A stretch of 64,000 nt of DNA from Candidatus Moraniibacteriota bacterium (GCA_049297495.1 JBAQUL010000026.1:620-64619); one strand, 5' to 3'; shown: positions 35,689 through 45,066, counted from the first letter of the stretch. The notes: a model not told the origin generated them from the sequence alone. Made by a program: numbers and translations.

Positions 35689-37947
35689 ATGAAACTGATT
35701 ATTGTTGAGTCGCCAACCAAAGCCAAGACGATTACTAAATTTCTCGATAAAAGCTATTTGGTAAAATCTAGTTATGGCCATATCCGCGATTTGCCCCAAA
35801 AAGAAATGGGCATTGATATTGAGCATGATTTCGCCCCACAATATGTCATCCCCAATAAAGTCGCTGACCGCGTCGATGAACTCAAAAAACTGGCCAAAAA
35901 AGCTACGGGAGTAATCCTTGCAACTGACGAAGACCGTGAGGGAGAGGCAATTTCATGGCATCTTGCCACAGCGCTCGAGCTTGATAAAAACTTTAAAGGC
36001 GAAAAAATTTCTCGCATCGTCTTTCATGAAATCACAAAAACCGCGATTGAAAAAGCACTCGCTTCGCCTCGCGAACTAGATCTTAATTTAGTCGATGCGC
36101 AACAGGCAAGGCGTATTCTTGATCGCTTGGTCGGTTATGAATTATCACCCTTTCTCTGGAAAAAGATCCGCCGCGGACTGTCCGCTGGTCGCGTTCAATC
36201 TATGGCCCTTCGTATCATCGTCGAAAGAGAAAAAGAGATCGAAAAATTTAAAGCAGAAAATTATTGGAAAATAAATTTAGTTTTAAAAACCAAAACAGGA
36301 GAAAAAGCATCTGAGTTTCCAGCTGATCTCATCAAAAAGAACGACAAAAAAATTGAATCGGTCATCACCCTCGACCTTTTTGCCGGTGACTATAAGATCA
36401 AAAAAACCATCCTAGCGAGCGAAAAAGATGCGCTGGAAATAATTTCTGATTTGAAAAAATGCCAATACAAGGTAGAAGATATTTCCAAAAGAGAAACTAC
36501 TAAGACTCCCCCGCCACCGTTTACAACTTCCACCCTACAACAATCTGCCATCAGCAGTTTGGGCTACAGCTCAAAGCAGACTATGGTTCTGGCTCAAAAA
36601 CTTTACGAACAAGGATTTATCACATACATGAGAACTGATAGTCTCAATCTCTCACTAGAATCTCTTGTTTCTGCACAAAAAACAATTCAAAAATTATATG
36701 GCGCTAATTTTGCCCTAAAAAGCCCACGCTACTTCAAAAACAAATCCAAAGGCGCACAAGAAGCGCATGAAGCAATCAGGCCCGCTTATCCAGAAAAAAC
36801 TCCGGAAGAATTGAAAGACAAACTTGAATTGGGACAATACAAACTCTATAAATTGATTTGGAATAGAATGATCGCCTCTCAAATGGAATGTGCTATTTTC
36901 AATTCTGTAAAAGTCGACATATCCGCTCTAGAAAAATCCACCAAAAATATTTATGCGCTTAGCGCTAGTGGTTCAATCCTCACTTTCGAAGGATATTTAA
37001 AGGTTTATTCTGACAAAAAATCCGCAACGACTGACACCTTGCTTCCTCCAATGGAAGCTGGCGACGCGCTTGAGCTTGTTTCGGCCAACACCGAAGGAAA
37101 AACGACAAGTCAACCTCCGCGCTACAATGAAGCGACGCTCGTCAAAGTTTTAGAAGAAAATGGCATTGGTCGTCCTTCTACTTATGCCCCAACAATTTCC
37201 ACAATTATTGAAAGAAAATATGTTGACAAAAACGAAGAGAAGCGCCTATTCCCCTTAGAAATTGGCACGCTCGTCAGCGACACACTTGTTTCTCATTTCC
37301 CAAAAATTGTTGACATGGCTTTTACGGCAACGCTAGAAAAAGATTTTGATGAAATTGCCGAAGGAGCGAAAAAATGGGTACCAGTCATCAGAGAATTCTA
37401 TGAACCTTTTCATGCCAATCTCAAGGCTAAAACTAAGGATGTTAAAAAAGAAGAATTTCAAGAAAAACTAGATAAAAGCTGTCCTGATTGTGGTGGCGAT
37501 CTCATCATGAAATTTGGACGCTTTGGAAAATTTATCGCCTGCTCCAATTACCCAAATTGTCGCTACACCGAAAAAACCGGAGCAGAAAAGAAAATTGAAG
37601 AAGAATTTTCAGAGGAAATCTGCGAAAAATGCGGTGCCAAGATGGCGGTCAAGAGAGGCAAATTCGGAGTTTTCTTGGGCTGCTCCAATTATCCTGAATG
37701 CAAAGGCATCAAGCGCATTGAAAATAAAACCGGGATTAAATGTCCTAAATGCAAAACAGGCGACATTGTCGAACGAAAATCCAAGAAAGGTCGCGTATTT
37801 TATGGCTGCAGCACCTATCCGGCATGTGATTTTTCCGTCTGGAACAAACCCACCGGTGAAAGTTGCCCAAACTGCAATTCTCTCATGCTTTTTGCGGCCA
37901 AAGGCAAGGCAAAATGCTCCAATAAGGAATGTAACTTTGAGAAATAA
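35689..37947 (+). CDS. topA: DNA topoisomerase I
   Basis: Toprim N-terminus MKLIIVESPTKAKTI, a catalytic Tyr region, and four C-terminal C4 zinc ribbons (CPDCGGD...C..YPNC; CEKCGA; CPKCKTG; CPNCNS). Confidence 0.95.
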   Translation: MKLIIVESPTKAKTITKFLDKSYLVKSSYGHIRDLPQKEMGIDIEHDFAPQYVIPNKVADRVDELKKLAKKATGVILATDEDREGEAISWHLATALELDKNFKGEKISRIVFHEITKTAIEKALASPRELDLNLVDAQQARRILDRLVGYELSPFLWKKIRRGLSAGRVQSMALRIIVEREKEIEKFKAENYWKINLVLKTKTGEKASEFPADLIKKNDKKIESVITLDLFAGDYKIKKTILASEKDALEIISDLKKCQYKVEDISKRETTKTPPPPFTTSTLQQSAISSLGYSSKQTMVLAQKLYEQGFITYMRTDSLNLSLESLVSAQKTIQKLYGANFALKSPRYFKNKSKGAQEAHEAIRPAYPEKTPEELKDKLELGQYKLYKLIWNRMIASQMECAIFNSVKVDISALEKSTKNIYALSASGSILTFEGYLKVYSDKKSATTDTLLPPMEAGDALELVSANTEGKTTSQPPRYNEATLVKVLEENGIGRPSTYAPTISTIIERKYVDKNEEKRLFPLEIGTLVSDTLVSHFPKIVDMAFTATLEKDFDEIAEGAKKWVPVIREFYEPFHANLKAKTKDVKKEEFQEKLDKSCPDCGGDLIMKFGRFGKFIACSNYPNCRYTEKTGAEKKIEEEFSEEICEKCGAKMAVKRGKFGVFLGCSNYPECKGIKRIENKTGIKCPKCKTGDIVERKSKKGRVFYGCSTYPACDFSVWNKPTGESCPNCNSLMLFAAKGKAKCSNKECNFEK

Positions 37948-37955
37948 TAATACAC

Positions 37956-38146
37956 CCCTTCTCCTCTCGGGAGAAGGCTTGCCCGTATCGCTACGAGAAG
38001 CGTTACAGGCAGGTGCCCGAAGGGCGGATGAGAGCAAGGGCATTTGATAACTTTTCATTATCCCTTCCATAAAGCTCTTGACATATACAACACCCTTGCC
38101 CTCACCTGTCACGTGCTCGTGACATCCTCTCCCAAAGGGCGAGGAG
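37956..38146 (+). repeat. GC-rich multi-hairpin repeat, family C copy 1
   Basis: cccttctcc-tctc-gggagaagg ... gcccgaagggcggatgag ... ccctcacctgtcacgtgctcgtgacatcctctccc-aaa-gggcgaggag. Shares a ~35-nt identical core with the copies at 43537 and 57211. The track's overlapping ORFs 37514..38047 and 37609..38175 are probably artefacts of this element. Confidence 0.65.
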
Positions 38147-38164
38147 ACATTAAAGAATAAATTT

Positions 38165-39661
38165 ATGTCTATCAAAGAAAATATTACTATCGAAGATGTC
38201 CTTCAAAACGTCAAGTTTACCTTGGAATTCAAAAAAGAAGCCCTGATTCGTGGTGCCTACGCAGTAGCCCAGAAAGCTCATTTAGGACAAAAACGTAAAT
38301 CGGGTAAAGATGACTATATCCAGCACCCATTACACGCAGCACTTACTTTAGCAAAAATCGGACTCGGATCCAAAACAATTGCAGCAGGACTATTGCATGA
38401 TGTTCCCGAGGATACGCCCGTCACCCTAAAAGAACTTGAACATAAGTTTGGCAAAGAAATTGCCACAATGGTTGATGGCGTCACAAAGTTGGGAAAAATC
38501 AAATTGCGCGGATCGAAGGAAGATGCCTATTTGGAAAATTTGCGCAAAATGTTTCTCGCCATGGCATCAGACATTCGCGTTGTTCTCATTAAACTTGCCG
38601 ATCGTCTGCACAACATGGAAACACTGGAATATCTCCCTCCTGAAAAACAACAGCGCATTGCCCTTGAAACAATGGAGGTCTTTGTGCCTATTGCCAATCG
38701 ATTAGGAATTGGAGAAATCAAAGTTCGTCTCGAAGATCTTGCCTTCAAATATCTTGATCTGGAAAATTTCACTTCAACAGAAAAACTTGTCGCCCACCAA
38801 TATGGACAAAGAAAAAAATACATTGACAAAATGGTAAGTGAGCTCAAAAAAGAACTAACCAAAGAAGGAATTAATGTTTTGAATATCTTTGGCAGAACCA
38901 AGCATATTCACAGCCTGTACCAAAAACTGAAACGGCATGACATGGATATTAGTAAGATTTACGATTTAATCGGTATCCGAATCATTGTGCCAGAATTAGC
39001 CAATTGCTATGAAACACTCGGCATCGTACATAAGCAGTATCGTCCGCTTGTTGGTCGCATCAAGGATTATATTTCACTGCCAAAACCAAATGGATACCAG
39101 TCGATTCATACAACCATCTTTGGTCCTGAAGGAATTTTCCTGGAAGTGCAGATCCGCACTAAAAAAATGGATGACGAAGCAGAGTTTGGCATCGCTTCAC
39201 ATTGGATCTATTCAGAAAAGAAAAGGAAATTGAAAAATTTCTTTATCAAAAGTAAGCATGCTGTGCCTGAAAAAGAATTGGTCTGGGTCAACCAACTACG
39301 CGAATGGCAAAATGAACTAGGTAAAGATGACGCTGAATTTATGGAAGGACTGAGGATTGATTTTTTCAAAAATCATATTTTTGCCTTCACTCCGCTTGGT
39401 GATATCATCGACCTGCCTGAAGATGCGACACCGATCGATTTTGCCTATCACGTGCATGGAGAAGTTGGCAACCGTGCCACCGGCGCCAAATCTAACGGAA
39501 AAATGGTCACACTGGACCATAAGATTCAAAATGGCGAGGTGATTGAAATCCTCACTTCCAGAGATCATAAAAACCCCAGCCGTGATTGGCTGAAGTTTGT
39601 TCGCACTTCTCTGGCAAAAAGCCAAATTAAAAAATATCTAAAAAAAGAAGGTCTATTGTAA
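38165..39661 (+). CDS. rel: bifunctional (p)ppGpp synthetase/hydrolase Rel/SpoT, short form (HD + synthetase + TGS, no ACT/RRM)
   Basis: HD motif QHPLHAALTL...LLHDVPEDT, RelA/SpoT synthetase region GRTKHIHSLYQKL...IGIRIIV, and TGS FAFTPLGDIIDLPEDATPIDFAYHVHGEVG. The protein ends about 60 aa after the TGS domain. Confidence 0.9.
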   Translation: MSIKENITIEDVLQNVKFTLEFKKEALIRGAYAVAQKAHLGQKRKSGKDDYIQHPLHAALTLAKIGLGSKTIAAGLLHDVPEDTPVTLKELEHKFGKEIATMVDGVTKLGKIKLRGSKEDAYLENLRKMFLAMASDIRVVLIKLADRLHNMETLEYLPPEKQQRIALETMEVFVPIANRLGIGEIKVRLEDLAFKYLDLENFTSTEKLVAHQYGQRKKYIDKMVSELKKELTKEGINVLNIFGRTKHIHSLYQKLKRHDMDISKIYDLIGIRIIVPELANCYETLGIVHKQYRPLVGRIKDYISLPKPNGYQSIHTTIFGPEGIFLEVQIRTKKMDDEAEFGIASHWIYSEKKRKLKNFFIKSKHAVPEKELVWVNQLREWQNELGKDDAEFMEGLRIDFFKNHIFAFTPLGDIIDLPEDATPIDFAYHVHGEVGNRATGAKSNGKMVTLDHKIQNGEVIEILTSRDHKNPSRDWLKFVRTSLAKSQIKKYLKKEGLL

Positions 39662-39809
39662 TTTCAATCTTCAAAAAATAACTACTGTCAGTTCAAGCTT
39701 CTAACTTGCCTGCTCCAGGGAGAATGCTTTTTTGATTGGTTAGTTGAATTTTCCCTATTTTTTTATTTACTTATACATTATTTAAAACTTCCAGGCCAGA
39801 TACGCATTG

Positions 39810-40205
39810 CTAGGCGCTGTTGTTGTCCACATCCTTAACTACAGTTCCTTGATGAAAGATCATTTGCCAATTTTCATGACACTTTTGCCAAATCGAACAA
39901 CGCAACGTCCATATTGTTTCGTTTGTCTTCAAAAATTCTATTGACGCCTTATATGTTAGAAGCACCGTGTCGATAGCAATTTCTCTGGCTTCAAAATCTG
40001 TAGCCGTATACCTCTCAAATTTTTCATCTTCTGAATTTGGTAAAAGCGTAACAAAATCTTGTTTAGAGTATCTCTTGCCAAACATTCCAAACTCTACGAA
40101 ATCATCAGCAAGTAGCTCACTGATTCTTTTTGCTGACCTGCGAACTTCCGGTTGCAACAATTCAACCTCTAAGTCTTCAATTTGTTTTGCAAGCTGATGG
40201 TCCAT
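39810..40205 (-). CDS. NTF2-like/SnoaL-like (DUF4440-like) protein
   Basis: 131 aa; ...LLADDFVEFGMFGKRY...WTLRCSIWQKCHENWQMIFHQGT matches the DUF4440/NTF2-fold pattern (from memory). Confidence 0.5.
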   Translation of the reverse strand: MDHQLAKQIEDLEVELLQPEVRRSAKRISELLADDFVEFGMFGKRYSKQDFVTLLPNSEDEKFERYTATDFEAREIAIDTVLLTYKASIEFLKTNETIWTLRCSIWQKCHENWQMIFHQGTVVKDVDNNSA

Positions 40206-40242
40206 AATTTTGACGTTATTTATTGTTCTGCAATATTATATT

Positions 40243-40503
40243 TTATCGGTACGTGCAAATATAGCTAGAGGTTTCTTTTGTTTCAATAGCAAATGGCACG
40301 CCTGGCTTAACTATAATTTTTTGGCCCGGCAAACATTGCTCATTATTGATTTCCAATGAACCCGTTAAGCACTGTATGGTTTCTTCACGATCAGGCGTCA
40401 AAATATAATTGCCAGGCGCGACAACGCCAACTGATTTATCGACACCATTGTCATTAAACTCAATGTTTTGAAGTCCGCCATTTGCATAGCTATTATGTTT
40501 CAT
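40243..40503 (-). CDS. ppnP: pyrimidine/purine nucleoside phosphorylase PpnP-like cupin (DUF1255)
   Basis: 86-aa cupin. The C-terminal ...KETSSYICTYR matches the E. coli YaiE/PpnP ...EPTSYLCRYL, and the overall length and composition are similar. Confidence 0.55.
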   Translation of the reverse strand: MKHNSYANGGLQNIEFNDNGVDKSVGVVAPGNYILTPDREETIQCLTGSLEINNEQCLPGQKIIVKPGVPFAIETKETSSYICTYR

Positions 40504-40635
40504 AGAATTGTTTTTTAGCAGATAACACTATTTATATATAAAGCTGCGTAGCAATTTGGGCTGAGGTCTTTCAAGAAAGACCGAACCGCCTGTAAGTTAT
40601 TAACTAATAGGAATGAATTCCGAGTGATCGCAAGA

Positions 40636-41256
40636 TTATTCGGACAGATTTATTTTTTTTCCAATTATAAACCAATCTCCTTCCTTTTTAACATCAATAG
40701 CAAATTGCTGAAAAAAAGATTTTTCTCTCTCAATTGAATTGGCTCTTGTTTTAGTCCACGGAATAAAGAGCAATCCGTCTTTTTTCAAAACTCTTACGGC
40801 CTCTTTGTAAAAACCACTTATATCTTCACGCTGGTTTAAAATTGCCATACCAGTATATAAATCAAAAGATTCATCAGTAAAAGGCAGCTGATTGAAATCA
40901 CCCACAACAGCTTGCTCCTTTTTTACTCTGCCATTTTTTATAGCATATTCTAAAAAATCTTTCTTTTTATCCAAAGCAGTAACTATAAGGTTATTTAGCT
41001 CATTCAACCTATTTGTCGAGATTCCTGTGCCAGCGCCCACCTCTAATGTTTCATATATTTTGCCTGGGTCTAATTCTCGCTCAAGCAAATCCCTGCATGC
41101 CACAGCAAACTCATCTCTTCTCCTTTCTAGGGCAAACTTATCATATTCTTCTGGAGAAATGATTTCTATTTGATGTTCAATTTTCTCTCTGATTTTATTC
41201 TGTTCAGGCGTTCTTGGAGCTAACCCTTCGCGTGAAGAATGACTGTATTCGCTCAT
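40636..41256 (-). CDS. class I SAM-dependent methyltransferase
   Basis: Motif I LEVGAGTGIST, motif post-I (ALDKKKDFLEYA) and motif II region VLKKDGLLFI. Confidence 0.75.
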   Translation of the reverse strand: MSEYSHSSREGLAPRTPEQNKIREKIEHQIEIISPEEYDKFALERRRDEFAVACRDLLERELDPGKIYETLEVGAGTGISTNRLNELNNLIVTALDKKKDFLEYAIKNGRVKKEQAVVGDFNQLPFTDESFDLYTGMAILNQREDISGFYKEAVRVLKKDGLLFIPWTKTRANSIEREKSFFQQFAIDVKKEGDWFIIGKKINLSE

Positions 41257-41463
41257 ATTTGTATTGAAAAATTAAATCTGCCTGAATAATTTTTGACATC
41301 TAGCCAAAAGGATTCATTTATTTCAGCTAACGTGAAGCTACCCGAAGTTTTCGTGTAGCGCAAAGGAACAAAAATTTGAGAGAAAGAATTTTTCTTACCT
41401 TTAAAAATATAAAAGTGAAAAAATTCCTGAACCGGATATGCCGTATTATCTACTGTTTCCTTT

Positions 41464-42198
41464 TTAAAATCCGTATTCTTTGAACTCATTTTCCAGTGGG
41501 TTACCTTGGCAATAGTAAGCTTTCCGATTCTTTGTGTCGAAGACGAAGGCGGAATGGGTAAAGCAATCATCCTCATTTTTCGTCGAACAGATAGCGGTCT
41601 TTCTGTCTGCGTTTTTCCGATCTCTCAAGAGTTGCTGGAAATCCTCAAGGCTATTAGCTGTCGAAATTAATTCCTTGGCTCTGTCGTAATGATCATGAGA
41701 CCATTGCTTGAAATGCTGGTCAGCTATGAAATTCAAATTTTCATTTGGCAGACTATTATAATGATTCGTTTTCACCATGGGGTCAGAGACTTTTTCGATA
41801 AAATATTTTTCAGGAATACCCTCAATGCCATAACATTCATTGGCATCAGCAATAAACATGTTACCGCCAATTCGAGGATTAAAAGCTTGGATAATTTCGA
41901 CAGCTTCTTTGGCTGTTTCTGCATCTAAAATCAAACGGATATAGGGTCTTCGAATATAAGAAATTTGATTTTCAGCAACATTAACAAAAGTGGAAATAAA
42001 AGCAACTCCTTTTTCATTAATTCCGCCGTAGTAACCATCTTCAGTCGGATTAGGATTTTGAACTATAAGTTTTCTATATTTATCATTTTTTGAATCGAAA
42101 AGCTTTATTTCGTCATCCCATCTCATCCACGGGACAGGGTCTCTTGTTTTAAGCAAGAACCAACTATCATTTAAACGTTTTGCTGTTGTTGTACACAT
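41464..42198 (-). CDS. Ntn-hydrolase, peptidase C45/acyl-CoA:6-APA acyltransferase-like (linear amide C-N hydrolase)
   Basis: N-terminal Met-Cys (a Cys nucleophile after Met removal) and GGINEKGVAF, typical of the C45/choloylglycine hydrolase superfamily. Confidence 0.5.
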   Translation of the reverse strand: MCTTTAKRLNDSWFLLKTRDPVPWMRWDDEIKLFDSKNDKYRKLIVQNPNPTEDGYYGGINEKGVAFISTFVNVAENQISYIRRPYIRLILDAETAKEAVEIIQAFNPRIGGNMFIADANECYGIEGIPEKYFIEKVSDPMVKTNHYNSLPNENLNFIADQHFKQWSHDHYDRAKELISTANSLEDFQQLLRDRKNADRKTAICSTKNEDDCFTHSAFVFDTKNRKAYYCQGNPLENEFKEYGF

Positions 42199-42314
42199 AT
42201 TAATTTTAAAAATGAAATTTCCGATAACGCTGAGCTATGCGAAATTCCGATGTACTCTTTATCCTTAAAATTTTTAGGTTGGGCAGGAGGCTGGGCTTCT
42301 CCTGCTTAATAATA

Positions 42315-42434
42315 TTATTTTTTTTCCTCAGTTTTTTCTTCTTTTGCTCCCCCCTTTCTTTTTTTACGTATAGCTACCAGCTTTTTTTTGGTCTCTTCGG
42401 GAATTCCTCCCTTACTTCCTGCGAACGAAGTCAT
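42315..42434 (-). CDS. candidate small basic protein (39 aa) with strong Shine-Dalgarno
   Basis: Hand translation gives MTSFAGSKGGIPEETKKKLVAIRKKRKGGAKEEKTEEKK*. A GGAGGTG SD lies 4 nt upstream of the ATG, inside a 330-nt intergenic gap. Not in the ORF track because it is under 60 aa. Confidence 0.3.
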   Translation of the reverse strand: MTSFAGSKGGIPEETKKKLVAIRKKRKGGAKEEKTEEKK

Positions 42435-42527
42435 ACTCCACCTCCTTGTGAAAAATTTTAGTGCCCAACCTAAAAGTTTTAAGCTGAAATTTGTAGGTTA
42501 TGCGAATATTAAATTTGCATTTATACT

Positions 42528-43496
42528 CTATTTCCCAATCCGCTCAATATTCTCCGCGATATTGCGAAGTTCCTCTTCGGAATAAAATTCAATCACAATT
42601 TTTCCGCCAGTGCCGGATTTTTGCAATTTGACTTTAGTATTAAGCGCCTGTGACAAATTATCCTCCAGCGCTTTTTGCTCTGGATCAACACTTACGTGAC
42701 GATTGTGGGTACGCACGGAAATTTCTTTAGTTTTACTTTCCGTTTGGCGCACCGTAAGTCCGCTTTTTATAATTAGGTCAAAAAGAGCTTTTTGTTTTTC
42801 CGGATTTTCAATCGCCAGAATCGCTTTAGCATGACCCTCAGTGATTTTTCCCTCCATGAGCGCCTTTTGAATTTCAACAGACAGATTCAAGATGCGCAAT
42901 TTGTTCGCCACCGTACTGCGACTTTTCCCCAATTTTTGTGCCACATCTTCTTGTCCCAAATCGAAATCATCCATCAGCTTTTGATAGGAGCGCGCTTCTT
43001 CTATTGGGTTTAAATCGTGCCGTTGAATATTTTCAATAATTGCTAATTCCAGTTTTTGCTGCTCAGTCACATCACGCACCACCACAGGCACTTTCAGAAG
43101 TCCTGCTAGTTTCGCCGCTTGAAAACGCCGCTCGCCAGCAATAATTTCAAATTTTTCCCCATTGCGACTGACCACGATTGGCTGGATAATCCCATGCTCT
43201 TTGATTGAATTAGAAAGTTCTTGTAATTTCGTTTCATCAAAATGAAACCGTGGTTGATGTGGATTGGGTGAAATTTTAGCAATTTCAATTTCGTTATCTT
43301 CTAAAAGCTTTGGCGCGATAGCATCATTGCGGAGCTGAACTCCGTCTCGGTCTAAATTCTCCACCCGCGTACCAAAATAATTAAAGTCTGCTTCCGGCTT
43401 TGTTATTTTTTTCTCCGCCTCATCAGTACTAGCAGTTGGTTTTCTTTGTGGAATCAAGGATGATAATCCCCGACCAAGCCCATAGTTTTGTGCCAT
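42528..43496 (-). CDS. parB: chromosome partitioning protein ParB/Spo0J
   Basis: Starts MAQNYGLGRGLSSLIP (canonical ParB N-terminus), with the ParB box GIIQPIVVSRNGEKFEIIAGERRFQAAKLAGL and a C-terminal HTH and dimerisation region. The track's N-terminal extension to 43589 runs into repeat family C copy 2 and is an artefact. Confidence 0.9.
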   Translation of the reverse strand: MAQNYGLGRGLSSLIPQRKPTASTDEAEKKITKPEADFNYFGTRVENLDRDGVQLRNDAIAPKLLEDNEIEIAKISPNPHQPRFHFDETKLQELSNSIKEHGIIQPIVVSRNGEKFEIIAGERRFQAAKLAGLLKVPVVVRDVTEQQKLELAIIENIQRHDLNPIEEARSYQKLMDDFDLGQEDVAQKLGKSRSTVANKLRILNLSVEIQKALMEGKITEGHAKAILAIENPEKQKALFDLIIKSGLTVRQTESKTKEISVRTHNRHVSVDPEQKALEDNLSQALNTKVKLQKSGTGGKIVIEFYSEEELRNIAENIERIGK

Positions 43497-43536
43497 TTTT
43501 TTATTTTTACTAAATTTTTTACAATTTAAATTTATA

Positions 43537-43688
43537 CCTCTTCTCCCTCCGGGAGAAGGTGGCCGAAGGCCGGATGAGGGTGTTTTCAACTACGCAAAGT
43601 CTAGCTTAATTGATAATTTTTTATGCTTTGGTGAGAACCCTCACCTGTCACGTGCTCGTGACATCCTCTCCCGGAGGGAGAGGAGGCT
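43537..43688 (+). repeat. GC-rich multi-hairpin repeat, family C copy 2 (parA-parB intergenic)
   Basis: cctcttctccctccgggagaagg tggccgaaggccggatgagggt ... ccctcacctgtcacgtgctcgtgacatcctctcccggagggagaggagg followed by a T-run. Confidence 0.65.
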
Positions 43689-43701
43689 GTTTTTTTATAT
43701 T

Positions 43702-44490
43702 TTACACTGAAAACTTTTTAACATCTTTTTTCTCAAGCCCAATCACTTCCTTAGCAAAATTCTTATACGACCGCGCGCCACGCGAAAAAGCGTCAAAACC
43801 AAGAATAGACTTTCCAAAACCAGGTGCTTCAGCCAGGCGCACACTGCGCGGAATGACACTGTCGAAAACGTGACCGGGAAAATGATCTTGTACTTCTTTC
43901 ACAACTTGGCGTGCCAGTCGATTTCTTCGGTCGTACATCGTAAGCAGTGCTCCCATTATTTTCAATTTTGGTTGCAAATTTTCTTTGACAAGTGTTATCG
44001 TATTCAAGAGCTGACTCAAGCCTTCCAGCGCAAAGTATTCCGTTTGCACGGGAATAATAATTTCATCGCTAGCCACAAGTCCATTAATTGTCAAAAGTCC
44101 CAAGCTTGGTGGAGAATCAATGATAATATAGTCATAGTTCGTGCGGATTTCTCGCAGAACATTGTAAAGCCGAAATTCGCGATTATCCATATGCACCAGC
44201 TCAATCCCCGCTCCCGCCAAATCTTGCGAAGAAGGAATCAAATCATGCCCGAGAGTTTCTGTGCGCATGATAATCTTTGATGGGTGCTCGCCCAAAATCA
44301 TGGAATGATAGAGGCTCTTGTCAATCGTACGAATATCAAAGCCTAGTCCTGATGAAGCGTTACCTTGAGGGTCAAGGTCGACGAGTAGCACAAACTTCCC
44401 TGCTGACGCTAAATAGGTCGCAAGGTTAATGGCAGAGGTGGTTTTGCCCACTCCGCCCTTCTGGTTGACTAATGAAATAATTTTTGCCAT
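43702..44490 (-). CDS. parA: chromosome partitioning ATPase ParA/Soj
   Basis: Starts MAKIISLVNQKGGVGKTTSAINLA (deviant Walker A). The track's extension to 44790 runs across the tRNA-Leu gene and is an artefact. Confidence 0.9.
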   Translation of the reverse strand: MAKIISLVNQKGGVGKTTSAINLATYLASAGKFVLLVDLDPQGNASSGLGFDIRTIDKSLYHSMILGEHPSKIIMRTETLGHDLIPSSQDLAGAGIELVHMDNREFRLYNVLREIRTNYDYIIIDSPPSLGLLTINGLVASDEIIIPVQTEYFALEGLSQLLNTITLVKENLQPKLKIMGALLTMYDRRNRLARQVVKEVQDHFPGHVFDSVIPRSVRLAEAPGFGKSILGFDAFSRGARSYKNFAKEVIGLEKKDVKKFSV

Positions 44491-44545
44491 AATCAATAAG
44501 TGAATTATACTACAAGTTTGGGACATCTCCAAATTGTGAATATAG

Positions 44546-44632
44546 GCCGAAGTGGCGGAATTGGTAGACGCACACGACTCAAAATCGTGCGGGAGTAATC
44601 CCATGAGAGTTCGATTCTCTCCTTTGGCACCA
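44546..44632 (+). tRNA. tRNA-Leu (anticodon CAA), 87 nt with long variable arm and encoded CCA
   Basis: Hand-folded: acceptor gccgaag/ctttggc (7 bp, with one G-U), D arm, anticodon stem cacga/tcgtg with loop cuCAAaa, long variable arm cgggagtaatcccatg, T arm gagag-ttcgatt-ctctc, discriminator A, then CCA. Confidence 0.85.
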
Positions 44633-44635
44633 AAA

Positions 44636-44711
44636 GACATCAAAATCGTGCGGGAGTAATCCCATGAGAGTTCCCTGCCTGCCGGCAGGCAGGGATTCTC
44701 TCCTTTGGCAC
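44636..44711 (+). pseudogene. duplicated 3' portion of tRNA-Leu (anticodon loop to acceptor 3' strand) interrupted by a 22-bp perfect palindrome in the T-loop
   Basis: gacatcaaaatcgtgcgggagtaatcccatgagagtt-[CCCTGCCTGCCGGCAGGCAGGG]-attctctcctttggcac repeats tRNA-Leu positions ~31-85. The palindrome replaces 2 nt of the T-loop. There is no 5' half, so it is non-functional. Confidence 0.65.
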
Positions 44712-44726
44712 AAATCACAACTCTAT

Positions 44727-44766
44727 CACAGGAACGGGTTACAAGCCAGTTCCTGTAAAATTTTTC
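44727..44766 (+). terminator. hairpin CACAGGAAC...GTTCCTGT followed by AAAATTTTT; putative terminator after the tRNA locus
   Basis: 9-bp stem with a 13-nt loop and a short T-run. Confidence 0.4.
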
Positions 44767-44823
44767 AAAAAAAGAGGCCCGTTTACACAAAATAATATCG
44801 TGTTCGTAGCCCCTGGCATCATT

Positions 44824-45024
44824 TCATACCACGTGTTTCATGCGGTATGAGGGTGATGGAAAACCTTCTTTATTCGATTTTTCGTCAGCAACAATTTCTA
44901 TAGTAACATGTATAACACCTGCAAATCCGTGCCGGCGTAAAATTACCACTTGTTTGCCAATGAGCTTAGAAAGCTTTCCCACCATCAGGTCAACGGCTTT
45001 CCTAAATTTTGTCATACTACTCAC
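44824..45024 (-). CDS. hypothetical small protein
   Basis: 66-aa ORF (MSSMTKFRKAVDLMVGKLSKLIGKQVVILRRHGFAGVIHVTIEIVADE...). Weak resemblance to small beta-rich DNA/RNA-binding folds; no confident family. Confidence 0.3.
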   Translation of the reverse strand: MSSMTKFRKAVDLMVGKLSKLIGKQVVILRRHGFAGVIHVTIEIVADEKSNKEGFPSPSYRMKHVV

Positions 45025-45066
45025 CTCCTTTCATGAATATTGACACTCAAAAATTAACGCCTCGGA

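Noticed and set aside
37514-38175. ORFs 37514..38047 (+) and 37609..38175 (-) of 177 and 188 aa.
   Set aside because: They overlap the topA 3' end and the GC-rich family C repeat, which is stop-poor. They show no protein-like features; the Arg/Ala/Gly-rich translation is typical of GC-rich noise.
41253-41576. 107-aa ORF overlapping the 3' end of the C45-hydrolase gene and the methyltransferase start.
   Set aside because: It overlaps the better-supported hydrolase by ~110 nt (still ~25 nt from an internal Met) and has no motif. Left unannotated as uncertain.
43497-44790. Long N-terminal extensions of the parB ORF (to 43589) and the parA ORF (to 44790) in the ORF track.
   Set aside because: Canonical ParB (MAQNYGLGRGLSSLIP) and ParA (MAKIISLVNQKGGVGKTT) starts lie internally. 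The extensions read through GC-rich repeat C2 and the tRNA-Leu gene, so they are artefacts of stop-free sequence.
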